DNA of 64,000 nt. It comes from Chrysomallon squamiferum (Eukaryota; Animalia; Mollusca). Location of the stretch: contig CM022673.1 in NCBI GenBank assembly GCA_012295275.1, positions 24,986,001-25,050,000 of the forward strand, read 5' to 3'. Position numbers and translations under genes: made by a program. Below, piece by piece: positions 24,923 through 37,880 of this stretch (positions within the stretch are counted from its first letter, which is position 1; every line of letters begins with the position of its first letter). A model generated the notes under the pieces. That model was not told the DNA's origin, searched no databases, and saw only the letters and a program-made list of their open reading frames with translations.

Positions 24923-26827
24923 AACTGGTGTGTGCAGCAGTATCAGCTTACACTGATGCTGCTTTGAACTATTGATGACTTATTGATTTTTTTTTTTTTT
25001 TTTTCCCTCTGCATTAACAAGAAGGTTTTGTTTGTTGTTGTTGTTTTGCTGTTTATAATCTGCCGAGTGGTAGAGTTATGTGTTTATGTAAATACACAAA
25101 CGTTGCACGTCCTGTTATTCCAAAACATAATGGGAGTGTGAGTTTTATACAGTTGGCTGAACTGTTCACACAAATATGTGTAGCATCTCCTCTCAGTCAG
25201 TTTGTCCTCAAAGATTTTTTTTTTTTTTTATGTGTCTGATTTATTAGGAAATAGTCAATAACACAGCCGGTATGAATCCAGTATGTCAGTTTAGTGAAGT
25301 ACAGTTAGAATACGTGTAGAAGACTGCGTTTTTCTCAGATTTATCTCTGGTGTACAGACAAGTTGACTCCAGGTTCAGTCCACACAGGAAATGTTTACAT
25401 CCAGTATTTCCATTAAAACATGCTAGATGCAGTTCGAATATTTCAATCTAGAAAAACACAACAACTGTAACATTTTGGTCAAGAAGAGAAAGAAAAAACT
25501 GATTTTGTGTTTATATTCCAAATCTGTAATCCTGATCAATATGAACACTGAGATGAGGTGAAAGCAAAGCCTCAAACACTGATTACTTTTGGTTGTGGTG
25601 TGATTTAACTACACACTTAGTTCGTAAGTCCAGTATTTTCATCCAAAACTGTCCACATTTTTCCTATATTCAGATGTTGATCAGGACAGTTAAAACATTT
25701 TTTACTTTTTATTTTTATTTTCCCCTCAGTTTCAAATCGATAAGCTTTTCAGTTAAAAAAAAAAAAACGTTAAGTCCTATTATGACCAGATTCAAACGTG
25801 TGAGATTATTTTATTTTTTTTACGTTTCATTATCAACACACTGAGCTCAGTCCAGGGTTTGATTCAATAACAGACACTGAACGAGAAATACCTGACTCAA
25901 ACCACTGAACACAAGCCCAGCGAATATGATGAAATAACAAATCTCCCACCGACTGATAATAGTAGTAGTAGCAATAATAATAAAAATAAAAAACCAGTCT
26001 TCTCCACATTTAGACACAGCAGATAGTGAGCTTGACAAAAAGGAATGTTGTTTTTGTCTTTTCTGTTGTCTTATTATTAATGCAATTGTGTCAAACCTGC
26101 CCACTGGCAGGAGCAGGTACTAACTCAAACTGAGGGGATTTCATGACAACAAACTGACCTCTCCTGTTTGTGTTGATGACAAAATAAAGCAGGATAAGTT
26201 ACAGGTCAAAGTTTACATTGTTATCTGTTAGCCATGGATGAAATGGATATTAAGAACCTGTAACGTAATGGAGATTGAGTACGAAGTGTACCCAGGTCAT
26301 TGTAACAATTAATATATTTATTTTTTAAAAATTACTGGGATAAACGTAAATATATTTATCTGCCTCAGTTATAAGGATGAAGATACTGATGATACCTATG
26401 GATAATTATGTTGATGATGATGAAGATGATGATAATGATGATAATGTCAAAAAAAAAAAAAATCATATTTAGTCGTAAACATGTAGCAAGGTTTTATCAA
26501 ACTGATAACTTATCAATTTGTAAAGATGACAATTTACAAACAGCAGATAGCTCACAGCCTATTTATAAAGTTGGACAACATGACATTGTCCTGTATCTGT
26601 TTTCTATCCCAGGACAAAAATTCTAAAAGAAAGGCAGTCTTTCTTATAATTATGTAATACCAAACAACTTAGAAAAATAACTCTTTAACTTTTAACAGCT
26701 AATACCTCTTTTAATGTGTTTCAGTGAGTTAGTGCTATCTGGATTTAGAAAAAAATCATCTGTCTGTTCTCAGTGTAATGCAATATGCTGCAGTGTATAA
26801 TAAAAGCAGACAATTACTCTCCTTGAG

Positions 26828-26978
26828 CGTTAAAGGTGACATTGTGACCTAGCTGGCATAATTAAATACTACTAACTTTACACACAAATTAAGCATTAAA
26901 GGTGACTTTGTGACGTAGTTAGCATAATTAAATAAACACTAACTTTACACACAAATTAAACGTTAAAGGTGACATTGC
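26828..26978. repeat. Tandem repeat, about 2.3 copies of a 66-67-bp unit
   Basis: taaaggtgac recurs at 26831, 26897 and 26964, with conserved actaactttacacacaaattaa. Confidence 0.85.
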
Positions 26979-28710
26979 AGGTCTAGTTTAGCTTAATATT
27001 TGAATCATACATTTTTAAATGTAAATTAAGAATTAAATGCTTTGGGAGGATAATATCTGGTTTATTTTAAAGTGTTAAATTTCACGACTTTTGTGTATGA
27101 AAAAAAAAGAAGTGGAAAAAGTAGAAATATTTTTATCTTGAATAATTAATCATCACTTATTTGTATCTGTGGAAAGATTTATAGAAAAAAAAATATATCC
27201 AGGTTTCTTATCTGTGTGATCCTTAACCATATGTTATATGTGATAAGATATAAATTAAAAATATATGATGTTTTGTAACAAAAAAAAAAAAATTTCATTG
27301 TTATCATCATCAATCATTATCATCATATATCATCATCATCATCATTTTATTATTAATATTATCATTACTATAAAGGTGTAAGAAATATTTCTAAATAAAA
27401 ACTACTTTGCAAATATTAAAAAAATAAAACTAATAAAACTACTACTAATAATAATAACAATAATAATAATACACAAATTTTTTTTTTTTTTAAATAATCT
27501 AAAAAATTAATAAATGATTCAAATGTTAATCAGTGAATTTTGTTTTATTGTTTTAAATCTGATTTCAGATGACTCGAAAATCAATAAGAATTACAGCCTT
27601 TCATACAAACAAAATATCATATTTTAAAATAAAAATAATAAAAAGTCAACAACAAAAAGACATCAATAACTGTGAACTGATTTTTAAGACAAAAATAATT
27701 TACCATGACACAGAGTTATTACATTTACAAGTATAATTATTTTTTATAATGTCTCTTGTAATTCACTCTTATATAAATAACAACTATTTATTTGTTTATT
27801 TATTTAATGTCTATATGATATAAAAGTCTTTTAAGGACACTGACAGTTTTACATTTCTATTCATGATATTCAGCAATAATTCCAAAACGTCTTTTTTTTC
27901 ATGACATTCATGGTTTTAATTATAGAATCTGCTGCATAATTTAAGACATATTTCAGCGAGGAAATTTATTGACTTGACAAGGACATTTTTTATGGGAGAG
28001 AATAGAGGTCATAAGTATATTCATACAGCCTCAGCAATATAACATTAATAAAACAGAGAAGATGATGTAAATAAGTAAAAGGGAACTATTCTGCTGCAAT
28101 GAACAAAAAGAAAAAGAATGTATCTTGTCCCTGTATGTATGTATGTATGTGTGTGTGAGTGTGTGTTGTGTGTGTACATGTGTTATGTGTGTGTGTGATA
28201 ATATAAAGTTATAGGCTTAGACAGAGAGACAGAGGCAGAAATAGACATTAAGATAGTATTTTGGAAATGAAAAGAGATTTTTTCAGTATTATTAGACTTC
28301 CCTTTTTTTATTATTATTATTATTTTTTTTTTTTATAAACATTTCAGTAGAGTACTAGGTGAAAATGACAGATTTATTTAGTGAAATAAAAAACAAAATG
28401 TCTGATATTAAGGTTGTGGGGCACAAAACTAAGCTGAAAATAACACTAAGAATCTGTCCAGATGGGTTTTTTAGTGACCCACGTAACACTGGTTCATCAA
28501 GTTGATTAGATTGGGTTTATAAATAACTAGTGCAGGCTTACAAATTACCTGTTTAAAAAAATATTACTTTTTAAATCCCATTCAAGTTCTATCACATTTC
28601 ATATTCAGCATTTGTGCAACAAAAGGAGAGGAAAACACCCCACCAAAAACTGTTATATTAAAATTACCTATTTATTTCAAAATTATGTATTTATTTTAAA
28701 ATTACACATT

Positions 28711-28967
28711 TATATTAAAATTATGTAAAATCAGGAATACATAGGTAACTATATGGAAGTTAATATTCATATTAAAATTATGTTAGATCAGGAATACATA
28801 GATAACTATATGAAAGTTAATATTCATATTAAAATTAAGTAAAATCAGGAATACATAGGTAACTATATGGAAGTCACTATTCATATTAAAATTATGTTAG
28901 ATCAAGAATACATAGGTAACTATATGGAAGTCAATATTCATATTAAAATTATGTAACATCAGGAATA
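28711..28967. repeat. 57-bp tandem repeat, about 4.5 copies, abutting the donor of the large exon
   Basis: tca(g/a)gaata recurs at 28731, 28788, 28845, 28902 and 28959. Confidence 0.92.
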
Positions 28968-28995
28968 GGCAGGTAAGTGTGTGGAAGGTACTGAC

Positions 28996-29526
28996 CTGGT
29001 GGTTGAATGGTTTTCTGGTTGTTCGTGCCCGCGAGTCTGAGTTTGACCTGGCTCTGAACTTGCTCATGAACTGCTCCACGCTGGTAGGAGGTCCAGACTT
29101 GTGTCGGTTCCGGTCCCCAGCAGCAGCATCCATCATCTGCCCTTCTAGGATCTGACCCATGGGTGTGAGGGGCTCGTTTGGACCCCTAGGGACCATGAGC
29201 GAGGTATTCAAGCCCTGGGAGTTGAGCACCGACTCGTCCATTGACCGGTCCAGCGAGACGGACGCCGATTTCTTACCCGGCTTCTTCATCCCCGAGACGT
29301 CCGATTTAGACCGAGGACGAAAAGTGTCAAAGAAAGTCTTCACTTTCGACTGGGAAGGCGAGTTTCCCTTCCCATCGTCCCCTGAGGCTTTCCTCTGTTT
29401 CGACTTGCTCGTGAATAATCCCTTCAGTCCAGTCGAACCAGACCTCGGTCGGAACTCGTGGTCAACATCCATTACATTGCCATCCACGTCAGAGTCCAAC
29501 AATGGCATTGCAAAGGCACTTAGATC
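28996..29526 (-). CDS. PRKAG2: AMPK gamma large N-terminal-extension exon (531 nt, 177 aa): DLSAFAMPLLDSDVDG...RKPFNHQ
   Basis: Acceptor tttttcactttcag|GAT, donor CAG|gtcagt. Strongly GC-rich open frame. The start matches human PRKAG2 DLSSFAMPLLDGDLEG. Confidence 0.93.
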
Positions 29527-30479
29527 CTGAAAGTGAAAAAAAAAATGTTTTAATTATTTTTTAAATGCAATGTGCAAGCTTTGAAGGGTCGTTTTCAATT
29601 TTAATATTTTAGTATTATTATTATTATTATTACGATTTTGGGTTTTTTTTTTTTTTTTTGCTTATTTACTGATTAGTTCATTTAGGAAAGTAAATAAAAA
29701 AAATTAAAAAATTAATGAATTATTTGTTTTATTATTATTATTATTATTACTATTTATTTATTATTATTTTTGTTGTTGTTGTTGTTGGTTATTACTGATT
29801 AGTTCATTTAGGAAAGTAAAAAAAAAACTAAATTATAAAATATTTTTAATATTCTTTTGAACAACATTTCAAGCTTTTGTTAAAGTTTCAGGTAAATTAA
29901 CAGAACTATTTTACACACAGAAAATAACAAATAAAAAATAATAAACAGAGTAAAATACATGTAATCATTTCTTAATTCATTTTATAATTGGACTCAAATA
30001 TGACAGGCAATTCCAGAAAATTAATTAGAAAAATGTGTATTTATTTCTTCAGTTTTGTAATTTATATAATTCATGCATTAGAAAGGGGCTTTCTACAATA
30101 AACAAATCATTCAGCTGAATCTACAAATAAAATAACAATTAACAAAGAAACTTCTCATAAATTCACAAAATATACAGTAAATTCACAAATCAGTATGGTA
30201 GGTTTTTCCACAAATACACAAATGTGGAAAACCAAGACAACGAAGTGTCAGTTCTGCAACAAGTAACAGTTTAAGAAATAATGTAACAGTTTAATAAATA
30301 CAAATACACAGCCATTTTACAAATAAAGAATGCAGTCTAATTCCAAATGCATCAGTGACTTTATAAACATACACGTAAAGAGTATTTTTACAAAAAGGAG
30401 TGTCCTAGCTATGTACTGCTTGAAGAAATAATGTGTCAGATTACAAGTGAATTCTCATAAACACAGAGATATATGACAA

Positions 30480-30915
30480 TTCTGTTTTCAACTCAACTTT
30501 CATAAACGTATTGAATGATTTTACAAATCTGACAAAGATGCAATTTAACACTTAACAGAAGAGTGAATTCCCTATAAACAGAAAAAGAAAGTAATTTTAC
30601 AAATCAGGTAAGCATAATTCTGCTTTCAATAAATCAGTGAATTTCCCATAAACAAACAAATAGAAAGTAATTTCCCAAATCAGGATGGTATACAATTCAC
30701 CACTTAACCGATAAGTAAATTTCCTATAAAGAAATAAACAGAAATTTCCCAAAACAGGTAAAAGTACCTAATCAATACCTAATTAATCAGTAAACTTCCC
30801 ATAAACCTATAAACAAAGAGAAGTCACTTCACAGATCGGATGAGTACAATTTAACACTTAACAGGTCCATGAATTTTCCCATAAACATGAAGTAGAAAGT
30901 GATTTGACAAAATCA
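30480..30915. repeat. Highly degenerate tandem repeat, unit roughly 70-80 bp
   Basis: Recurrent gaatttcccataaaca, tttacaaatcagg and caatttaacacttaacag motifs. Confidence 0.55.
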
Positions 30916-30963
30916 GGGGCTAATTCAGTAAGTCACTGTTGAAATAAAGTGGCATTAAGTCAC

Positions 30964-31008
30964 CTGTAGATGTCTGACGAGTTCTGTTTTGAGAACGTTG
31001 AAAGCCAT
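30964..31008 (-). CDS. PRKAG2: Candidate alternative first coding exon MAFNVLKTELVRHLQ (phase 0, joins the 29526 exon)
   Basis: Strong context agcATGG, 15 open codons and donor CAG|gtgact. A cctttcag acceptor lies immediately before the ATG, and donor-like sites lie about 100-125 nt upstream. Confidence 0.45.
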
Positions 31009-31680
31009 GCTGAAAGGACTCCGGTGCCACAAAGTAAACAAACAAACTCTAGTACTTTCTTTGATCAGATTTATCAGCTCTTATCAAAAACACTCAGCAA
31101 ATCCACCTTACCTCGGTCACTCACCTTTCTGACCTGGTCAAAACACAATGACCACATTTTGGTAAATGTCCAGTGTTTTACCAAAGAGGTTCCTATAATT
31201 AACTTATTTTTTCCCCCACCACCACCACCAAATCTGACTTTGCCAGTATTATTTGATCTACATATTTATTATTTATTATATAATACTTTTATTTATAATA
31301 CAAGCTTATTTGACTGACTGTTCAATGACACTATGACCTCTTTTATTATTAATACTGAACTGTTTTCAGACCTGCATATTAAGCTACATTATTTTTGCTA
31401 ATTATTTATTTCATTAGTAATGGTCTGCACATATTCTTTGCTGTGAGTGAATTTTTTTATTTATCAAAAACAACCCAAACAAACAAGGGACAGATGGATG
31501 AATGCAAGGAGGAAATTACAGCTGTTTTAATTCCTTGGAAATCGTGTTGTGGGAGATAAAAAAGCAAACAAATGAATGTTTGCACTGGCTTGTTAGGTAA
31601 GAGCAAATGGAGAAATACTTGTGAAAGGTCAGCAGGATCTCCTGATGTGTCAGAGACAGAAATAACTGAACTTGTACTTC

Positions 31681-32260
31681 AACAACCACTGGTAACATGT
31701 TTCACATATCAAACACTAACAACCACTGGTAACACGTTTCACATATCAAACACTGACAACCACTGGTAACACTTTTCACATATCAAACACTAACAACCAG
31801 TGGTAACACATTTCATATATCAAACACTGACAACCACTGGTAACACTTTTCACATATCAAACACTGACAACCACTGGTAACACTTTTCACATATCAAACA
31901 CTGACAACCACTGGTAACACTTTTCACATATCAAACACTGACAACCACTGGTAACACTTTTCACATATCAAACACTGCAACCACCGGTAACACATTTCAC
32001 ACATCAGACATTGTCAGCCAGTGGTAACACATTTCACACATCAGACACTGACAGCCAGTGGTAACACTTTTCACATATCAAACACTGCAACCACTGGTAA
32101 CACTTTTCACATATCAGACACTGTCAGCCACTATTAACACATTTCACACATCAGACATTGTCAGCCAGTGGTAACACATTTCACATATCAAACACTGACA
32201 GCCAGTGGTAACACATTTCACACATCAGACATTGTCAGCCAGTGGTAACACATTTCTCAT
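31681..32260. repeat. Minisatellite with 37-bp unit CAACCACTGGTAACACTTTTCACATATCAAACACTGA, about 15-16 copies
   Basis: Directly visible periodicity (for example 31831 to 31868) with no spacers. A variant unit gtcagccagtggtaac dominates the right part. Confidence 0.95.
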
Positions 32261-33172
32261 ATTGTTAAAGATTATTCGTACACTGGATTAAGATTACTTT
32301 CTGTTTTGGATTAACAGTTTTAGAAAATTTTAACTTCAGAGGAAGGATATTGATATGTGTGTGACCTGAAAACCATATTGTATCTGTTGATTACACAGCC
32401 TACAGCTGCAAGATTATTAATATTCCATATCACTTCTCTCTATGACATTTTCCTATCATTTCAGCTACATATGAAAAAATGAAAATGAAGAAAGTTTATA
32501 AACTAAAATGTATTTTAGTCACTATTAATACAAATACACTGTCACCTAAAACATCCACAGAACACCCTGAAAACACAACAGACACATTCAAAAAACAAAA
32601 CAAAAAAACACACCATAAACAATGACATTATTTGTGAAACTAAAACTGTACAGATGGTTTCAAAACTGTCTGTATTCAAATACCTGATGAATAGAACTAT
32701 TAAGCTGCATTTTTTTTTTAATTCAAACACAATCAAATCTTATATTAAGCTGAAATGTGCTATTCTTTCAATTGTTCTGTAGATAACAGGTGTGCATGGA
32801 TTCACTGACAATACTTTTGAAGGACTAGCTGTATATAAGTGTTATGTGTTTTTAATATCAGACAATGATAAATCATGAACGTTGGTTGTAAAAATACAAA
32901 TACATGATAAATGCTACTGAAGCTCTGCTAAATGATATTTACTTATTTATTGATCCTAAAGGTGACATTAGAAATATTTTATGTAGTTTCATAATATGTG
33001 CTAAAAGTGCAGATACAAACACACAATTATATACACATATACATACGTACATTCATACATACATATATACACACACAGATATATACATTAAATATGTATG
33101 TTATTTTATGTGATTCGAACTAAACCATAGAACGACTTCATTACACTAACATTTTTAAAACACAAAAGCTGT

Positions 33173-33203
<31 letters not shown>

Positions 33204-33268
33204 TAATAATAATAAAAATTGTAATAATAATAATAATAAAAATTGTAATAATAATAATAATAAAAATC

Positions 33269-33320
<52 letters not shown>
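33173..33320. repeat. Compound (AAT)n microsatellite
   Basis: Directly visible. Confidence 0.88.
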
Positions 33321-33323
<3 letters not shown>

Positions 33324-33667
33324 CATATATTCAACTGAGGTAAATGTTATTGATTCTATCAGACAAATGGCTGTATGCAGATACGTTAGAGTCACAATGA
33401 ACGTCAAAACAGACATTTCAGCTGACATTAATTATTAGTAATTTGACAGTAGGAGGTTGGATGTAAAAATTGATGGATAAAAGAACAAATAAAAAAAATA
33501 GACTTGAAAACTGACATCAATATTAGTAATTTGGTTTGTTCAGGATAGAAATGTAAATATAAAAGAAGAAATTTAAAATAAAAAAAATGAGCTGAAACGA
33601 GAATTAATTATCTTAATTTTGTTACTGATATCAAGAAGTGTAGTATTCAAATCTTTATCAGGTATAA

Positions 33668-33830
<163 letters not shown>

Positions 33831-33990
33831 TATTATCATTATTATTATATTTAAAGAAAAATATGCCAAGGAAAATGCGTTCTTAAATCAGAAATGATAT
33901 GGGTCACCTTGTAATTGGAGAACTTCAGCACATAAATTAAGACAGCTGGCCTAATTTGTTCACGTCAGATAATTTATGTTTTTTTTTTAC

Positions 33991-34140
33991 CTGCACAGAA
34001 CTCTTTTTCTCTCTCGCGGTGACACAACTGCTGAAGCACTGACACAGCATCACTGTCGTCAGCTTGACGTCTGCTTGCAACACTGTACTGACAGACGTCA
34101 CCCGTGATATTCTCGAATCCACATTCAACTGTTCCTTCAT
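33991..34140 (-). CDS. PRKAG2: Candidate alternative first coding exon (MKEQLNVDSR...)MLCQCFSSCVTAREKKSSVQ (phase 0, joins the 29526 exon); start at 34140 or 34050
   Basis: CpG-rich island in AT-rich surroundings. Open frame ending CAG|gtaaaa, with two in-frame ATGs that have a purine at -3. Confidence 0.55.
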
Positions 34141-34274
34141 GTCGCTTTTTAACTCCACATTATTTTCTCACTATCCAAGTTTGCAACAAAACAAAAATTT
34201 GCCTAGTATATATCACTGTTCTGTGATTTATTCCACCGAGAGGGTAAGCAGAAAGCATGTCAAGCTTCTCTCAT

Positions 34275-34314
<40 letters not shown>

Positions 34315-37300
34315 ATATATATATATTTTTATCAACGTATAAAAACACGCAATACGCCAGCAGTGTAGAAACAGGAATCTCTCGTGGTTAGAAATAAATT
34401 GTGCAATCTGGGTTTACAGTGTAGAGGGAGGACATGCACTTTTGTTTACACTGGTCAAAGTGGAGAGAAGATCCTAACCCTGGCTCTCGGATTGGATAAC
34501 TAACCCAGTCAGATTCACTGGTGGTTCGAAATCTTTTTAACTTTTGACATATATAAAAAAAAAAAAAAAAAAAAATTAAACGTAGAACACACACAAGATT
34601 TTTAAAGTTTGATGGTAAAGGATAAGCAGTAAAAAAAAAAAAAAAAAAAACCACTGTAATTCTAGAAGATAATTCTCTATTGGTATTACATGTTTTCCCT
34701 GACAGGGGAAAAAAAAGGAGTGAATATTGTTTTGTTAACCGTGAGCAAAGGTCAAGGCTGCCAGCCCTCAAGTGTCTGAGATAAAACTGTCAGGTAAGAT
34801 AAGGAGACACTGATTACATAATGCTACACTTGAAGTCATGAGTGAAAATGTACACACACAGTCCAATCAAAGACAGCAGACATCAATACATTACAGACAG
34901 ATACCTGCACAGACCACTTTTTACTAAAAATTCAGAAAGGTACACATTGTTCTAACTTGAATTGTCTGTTATCAGTTAGATGAAGTCAGAAAAACATTGT
35001 CAGTAATTGTTTTGTTTTTTTAATCAGTATCTGGTATTTTTGGGTATGCACATTATAAGTAAACTAATAAATATTATTATAAATCAGAAAATGAAATGCT
35101 GATAACAGCTATGTATAGTGCAATCTTCTAAACACCGTATACCAGACATAAAAAAGAAATCCTAAAATATAATTAATTCATTATGGTAATTATGAGTGTG
35201 ACTGTGTCTATGACTAACATATATCTGCTATAACCCTACAAAAAATATCAGTAAACTGGAGGTTAAAACAACATCAAAAACAACAACAACAACCAAAAAA
35301 AGATAATCAATTAAAATATTATAAAACAGTACAGAAATAATAATCACTTATGTATTTAAGTCTGGTTTATCATGCATTTGTACTTTAACCCAAGAGGTCA
35401 AAAAAAGAAAGAAATTCTTATCATGAATATATTGGAGTCAAGCCATAACATTCATGTATTGTGACAAACAACAACGCTCTGAAGGTATGTTAGTACTGTA
35501 GTTAATAATTATTAAAATCAGGGATATATCTATTTTTAAATGACTTGTGTTTTATCTGAGAGGTTTAACAAACTAGAAATATTGTCTTCTGCCTAACAGG
35601 TGATGTATTGAAATTTATTTTAAAATTATAGATTATTAAAATGAATTTAATTTGCACACAAGATTACATTATCCATTTATGCAAATTAAATGTTTAAGAA
35701 AGTTTTTTTTTTTTTTTTAAATTCTGTGTTATGGAAATGAATGTTGTTATAAGGTTTTAATTATTATCATGTATAATTTACATGACACAAAATATACATA
35801 CATACATACATACATACATACATACACACAGACACACATTATAACTAGTGCATCAGGTATCTCTATCTGTAAACAACTTTTAAAAATGGCCTTATGCGTT
35901 TGTATCAAATAATTTTAAAAACACATACAAACACAGAGCATATATAAACTTGCTTGAAAAATAAAGATTAATATAAATGAAATCAAATGTAAAACTAAGA
36001 GAAAAAAGAACTTTTACAGTTTAAATTTTTTTTATTATCATTAATACTTTGTCTGTGTGTGTTTGAGAGAGAACCTATCAGAATAACAAATTATTTTTTT
36101 TATTTTTTTTATTATAGACATCATGTGATGACAAAATTGATTTTAAATGTTAGGAAACATTTTTATTTGAATCATATCCAAATCTATAGTCTGTTTGGTA
36201 CATTATACAAAACACCTAGTGAAACACACTTTAAAACTGTTTGGCATCATGACAATGTTACCTGGCAACCAGCTGAAATCTTATGAACTCTAACATTCAG
36301 TGTTTGCACATCATTATTTTTTTTGTCTAGTGCATGTTATATCATGATCTGCAACCACTAACAACAACAACACACACCTATGTCAAATTTAAGAATGCAA
36401 GTAGAGGGCAAAAGTACACTATATCCAAAACAACAATTTAAAAAAAAATATATAAATAAAAACACACACAAAAAAAACAACCAAATTTATATCATCATTT
36501 TTTAAGAAATAAAGTCACCTGTATAAGTATATATTTTTATACTGAACTTAAATTTGATGAAAGCTTTACTGAAATTAATTCTGCAAATTATGTGTTCTTT
36601 GGTGAAGATTTATAAAATTTGTTTTGTTAAATAATTTTGATGGTAAATATTACAGTTTTTGAAAGTTGGTTTGTAAATTTTCATATTCAAGATCAGAGGA
36701 TAATAAAGTTAATAATGATCTACTATAATACCATCAGGATATAGTACTTTCCTTTTCTTCAGAAACTGATATTTCTAAATAAACAAACAGAAACAGATTT
36801 CAGCACTCATGCAAATACACAACTACTTGCAAGCATACAAACACGTGTATACATTCTCCCACACATTCACACACACACACATCAGCAAAACTATACTTTA
36901 TAATTAGTAATCTTATACCATACATTTCAGGTTTCATTTAAAAAAAAAAAAAAAAAAAAGTTGTGATTAGTCAAAAGTTGATGTCACTGATATATTATTA
37001 TTTCATTCTGTCCATATAAATTGTCTGTAAACCAAAGGATAAAACAATTAACTTTTGAGTTTGAAAGCTGTCCAGCAAACATAATATATTATTCTTATTA
37101 ACTGCAGGCAGTCTCAGATTTGTACAGTCGGAACGGTAAAACACTCTAATGTTTTAGAGTGCAGTTATGACTTCATTACTGCCTTAAAAGCTTTCTAGAA
37201 GAGAACATTTTATTTTTGTTATTATAATGATTTTATTTTTTCCCCCATTTGCTATTACATCTATGAATTTATTCGAAAATTCTTCATGTACAATCTGTCA

Positions 37301-37837
37301 ATTTGTCTATGCGATAATATACACAAATTGTAACATATGTTATAACTAGTTTGATTTTACTAACTGAAAAGACAGGATTAAACAACAACAGCAAAAATAA
37401 CATTCTAACATAACATATTTTGTAATGATTTACAACTTTAGTTTACTGAAAATACTTTAATCTGATTAATGTTTGTTGATATATTTCATTTTGAAGAAAA
37501 AAAATTTTAAAAAAAAAAATTATATTATTATAAAATACTAGAAGAATATTTTTAAAAATTCCAACAGTGCAAGAATGAAACTAACAAAAATTTCAGCAAA
37601 ATCAAACTGACTTAACAGACTTTGCCTGAAAAAAAAAAATAATAAAAAAAACATTTATTAAGATTTATCAAGGGAGATTAGTCTGTATAAACTAATCTTG
37701 TTGTGTATGGTTAATGTTTTGAAAGACTGAGCCTATACAGACTGTATTTAAGGACGTATAGGAAAACTGATGTAAGTAAATGAAAGGACACGTTCAGATA
37801 CTGTTACACAAATACACACACACAAACACATACACAA

Positions 37838-37880
<43 letters not shown>

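Noticed and set aside
29159-29530. 123-aa plus-strand ORF
   Set aside because: It is the antisense shadow of the GC-rich AMPK-gamma exon, ends at the exon boundary and has no independent signals.
31681-32260. 37-bp repeat array, the size of a CRISPR repeat
   Set aside because: Units are head-to-tail with no unique spacers, there are no cas genes and the context is a eukaryotic intron. The same applies to the 50-bp array at 59574-60240.
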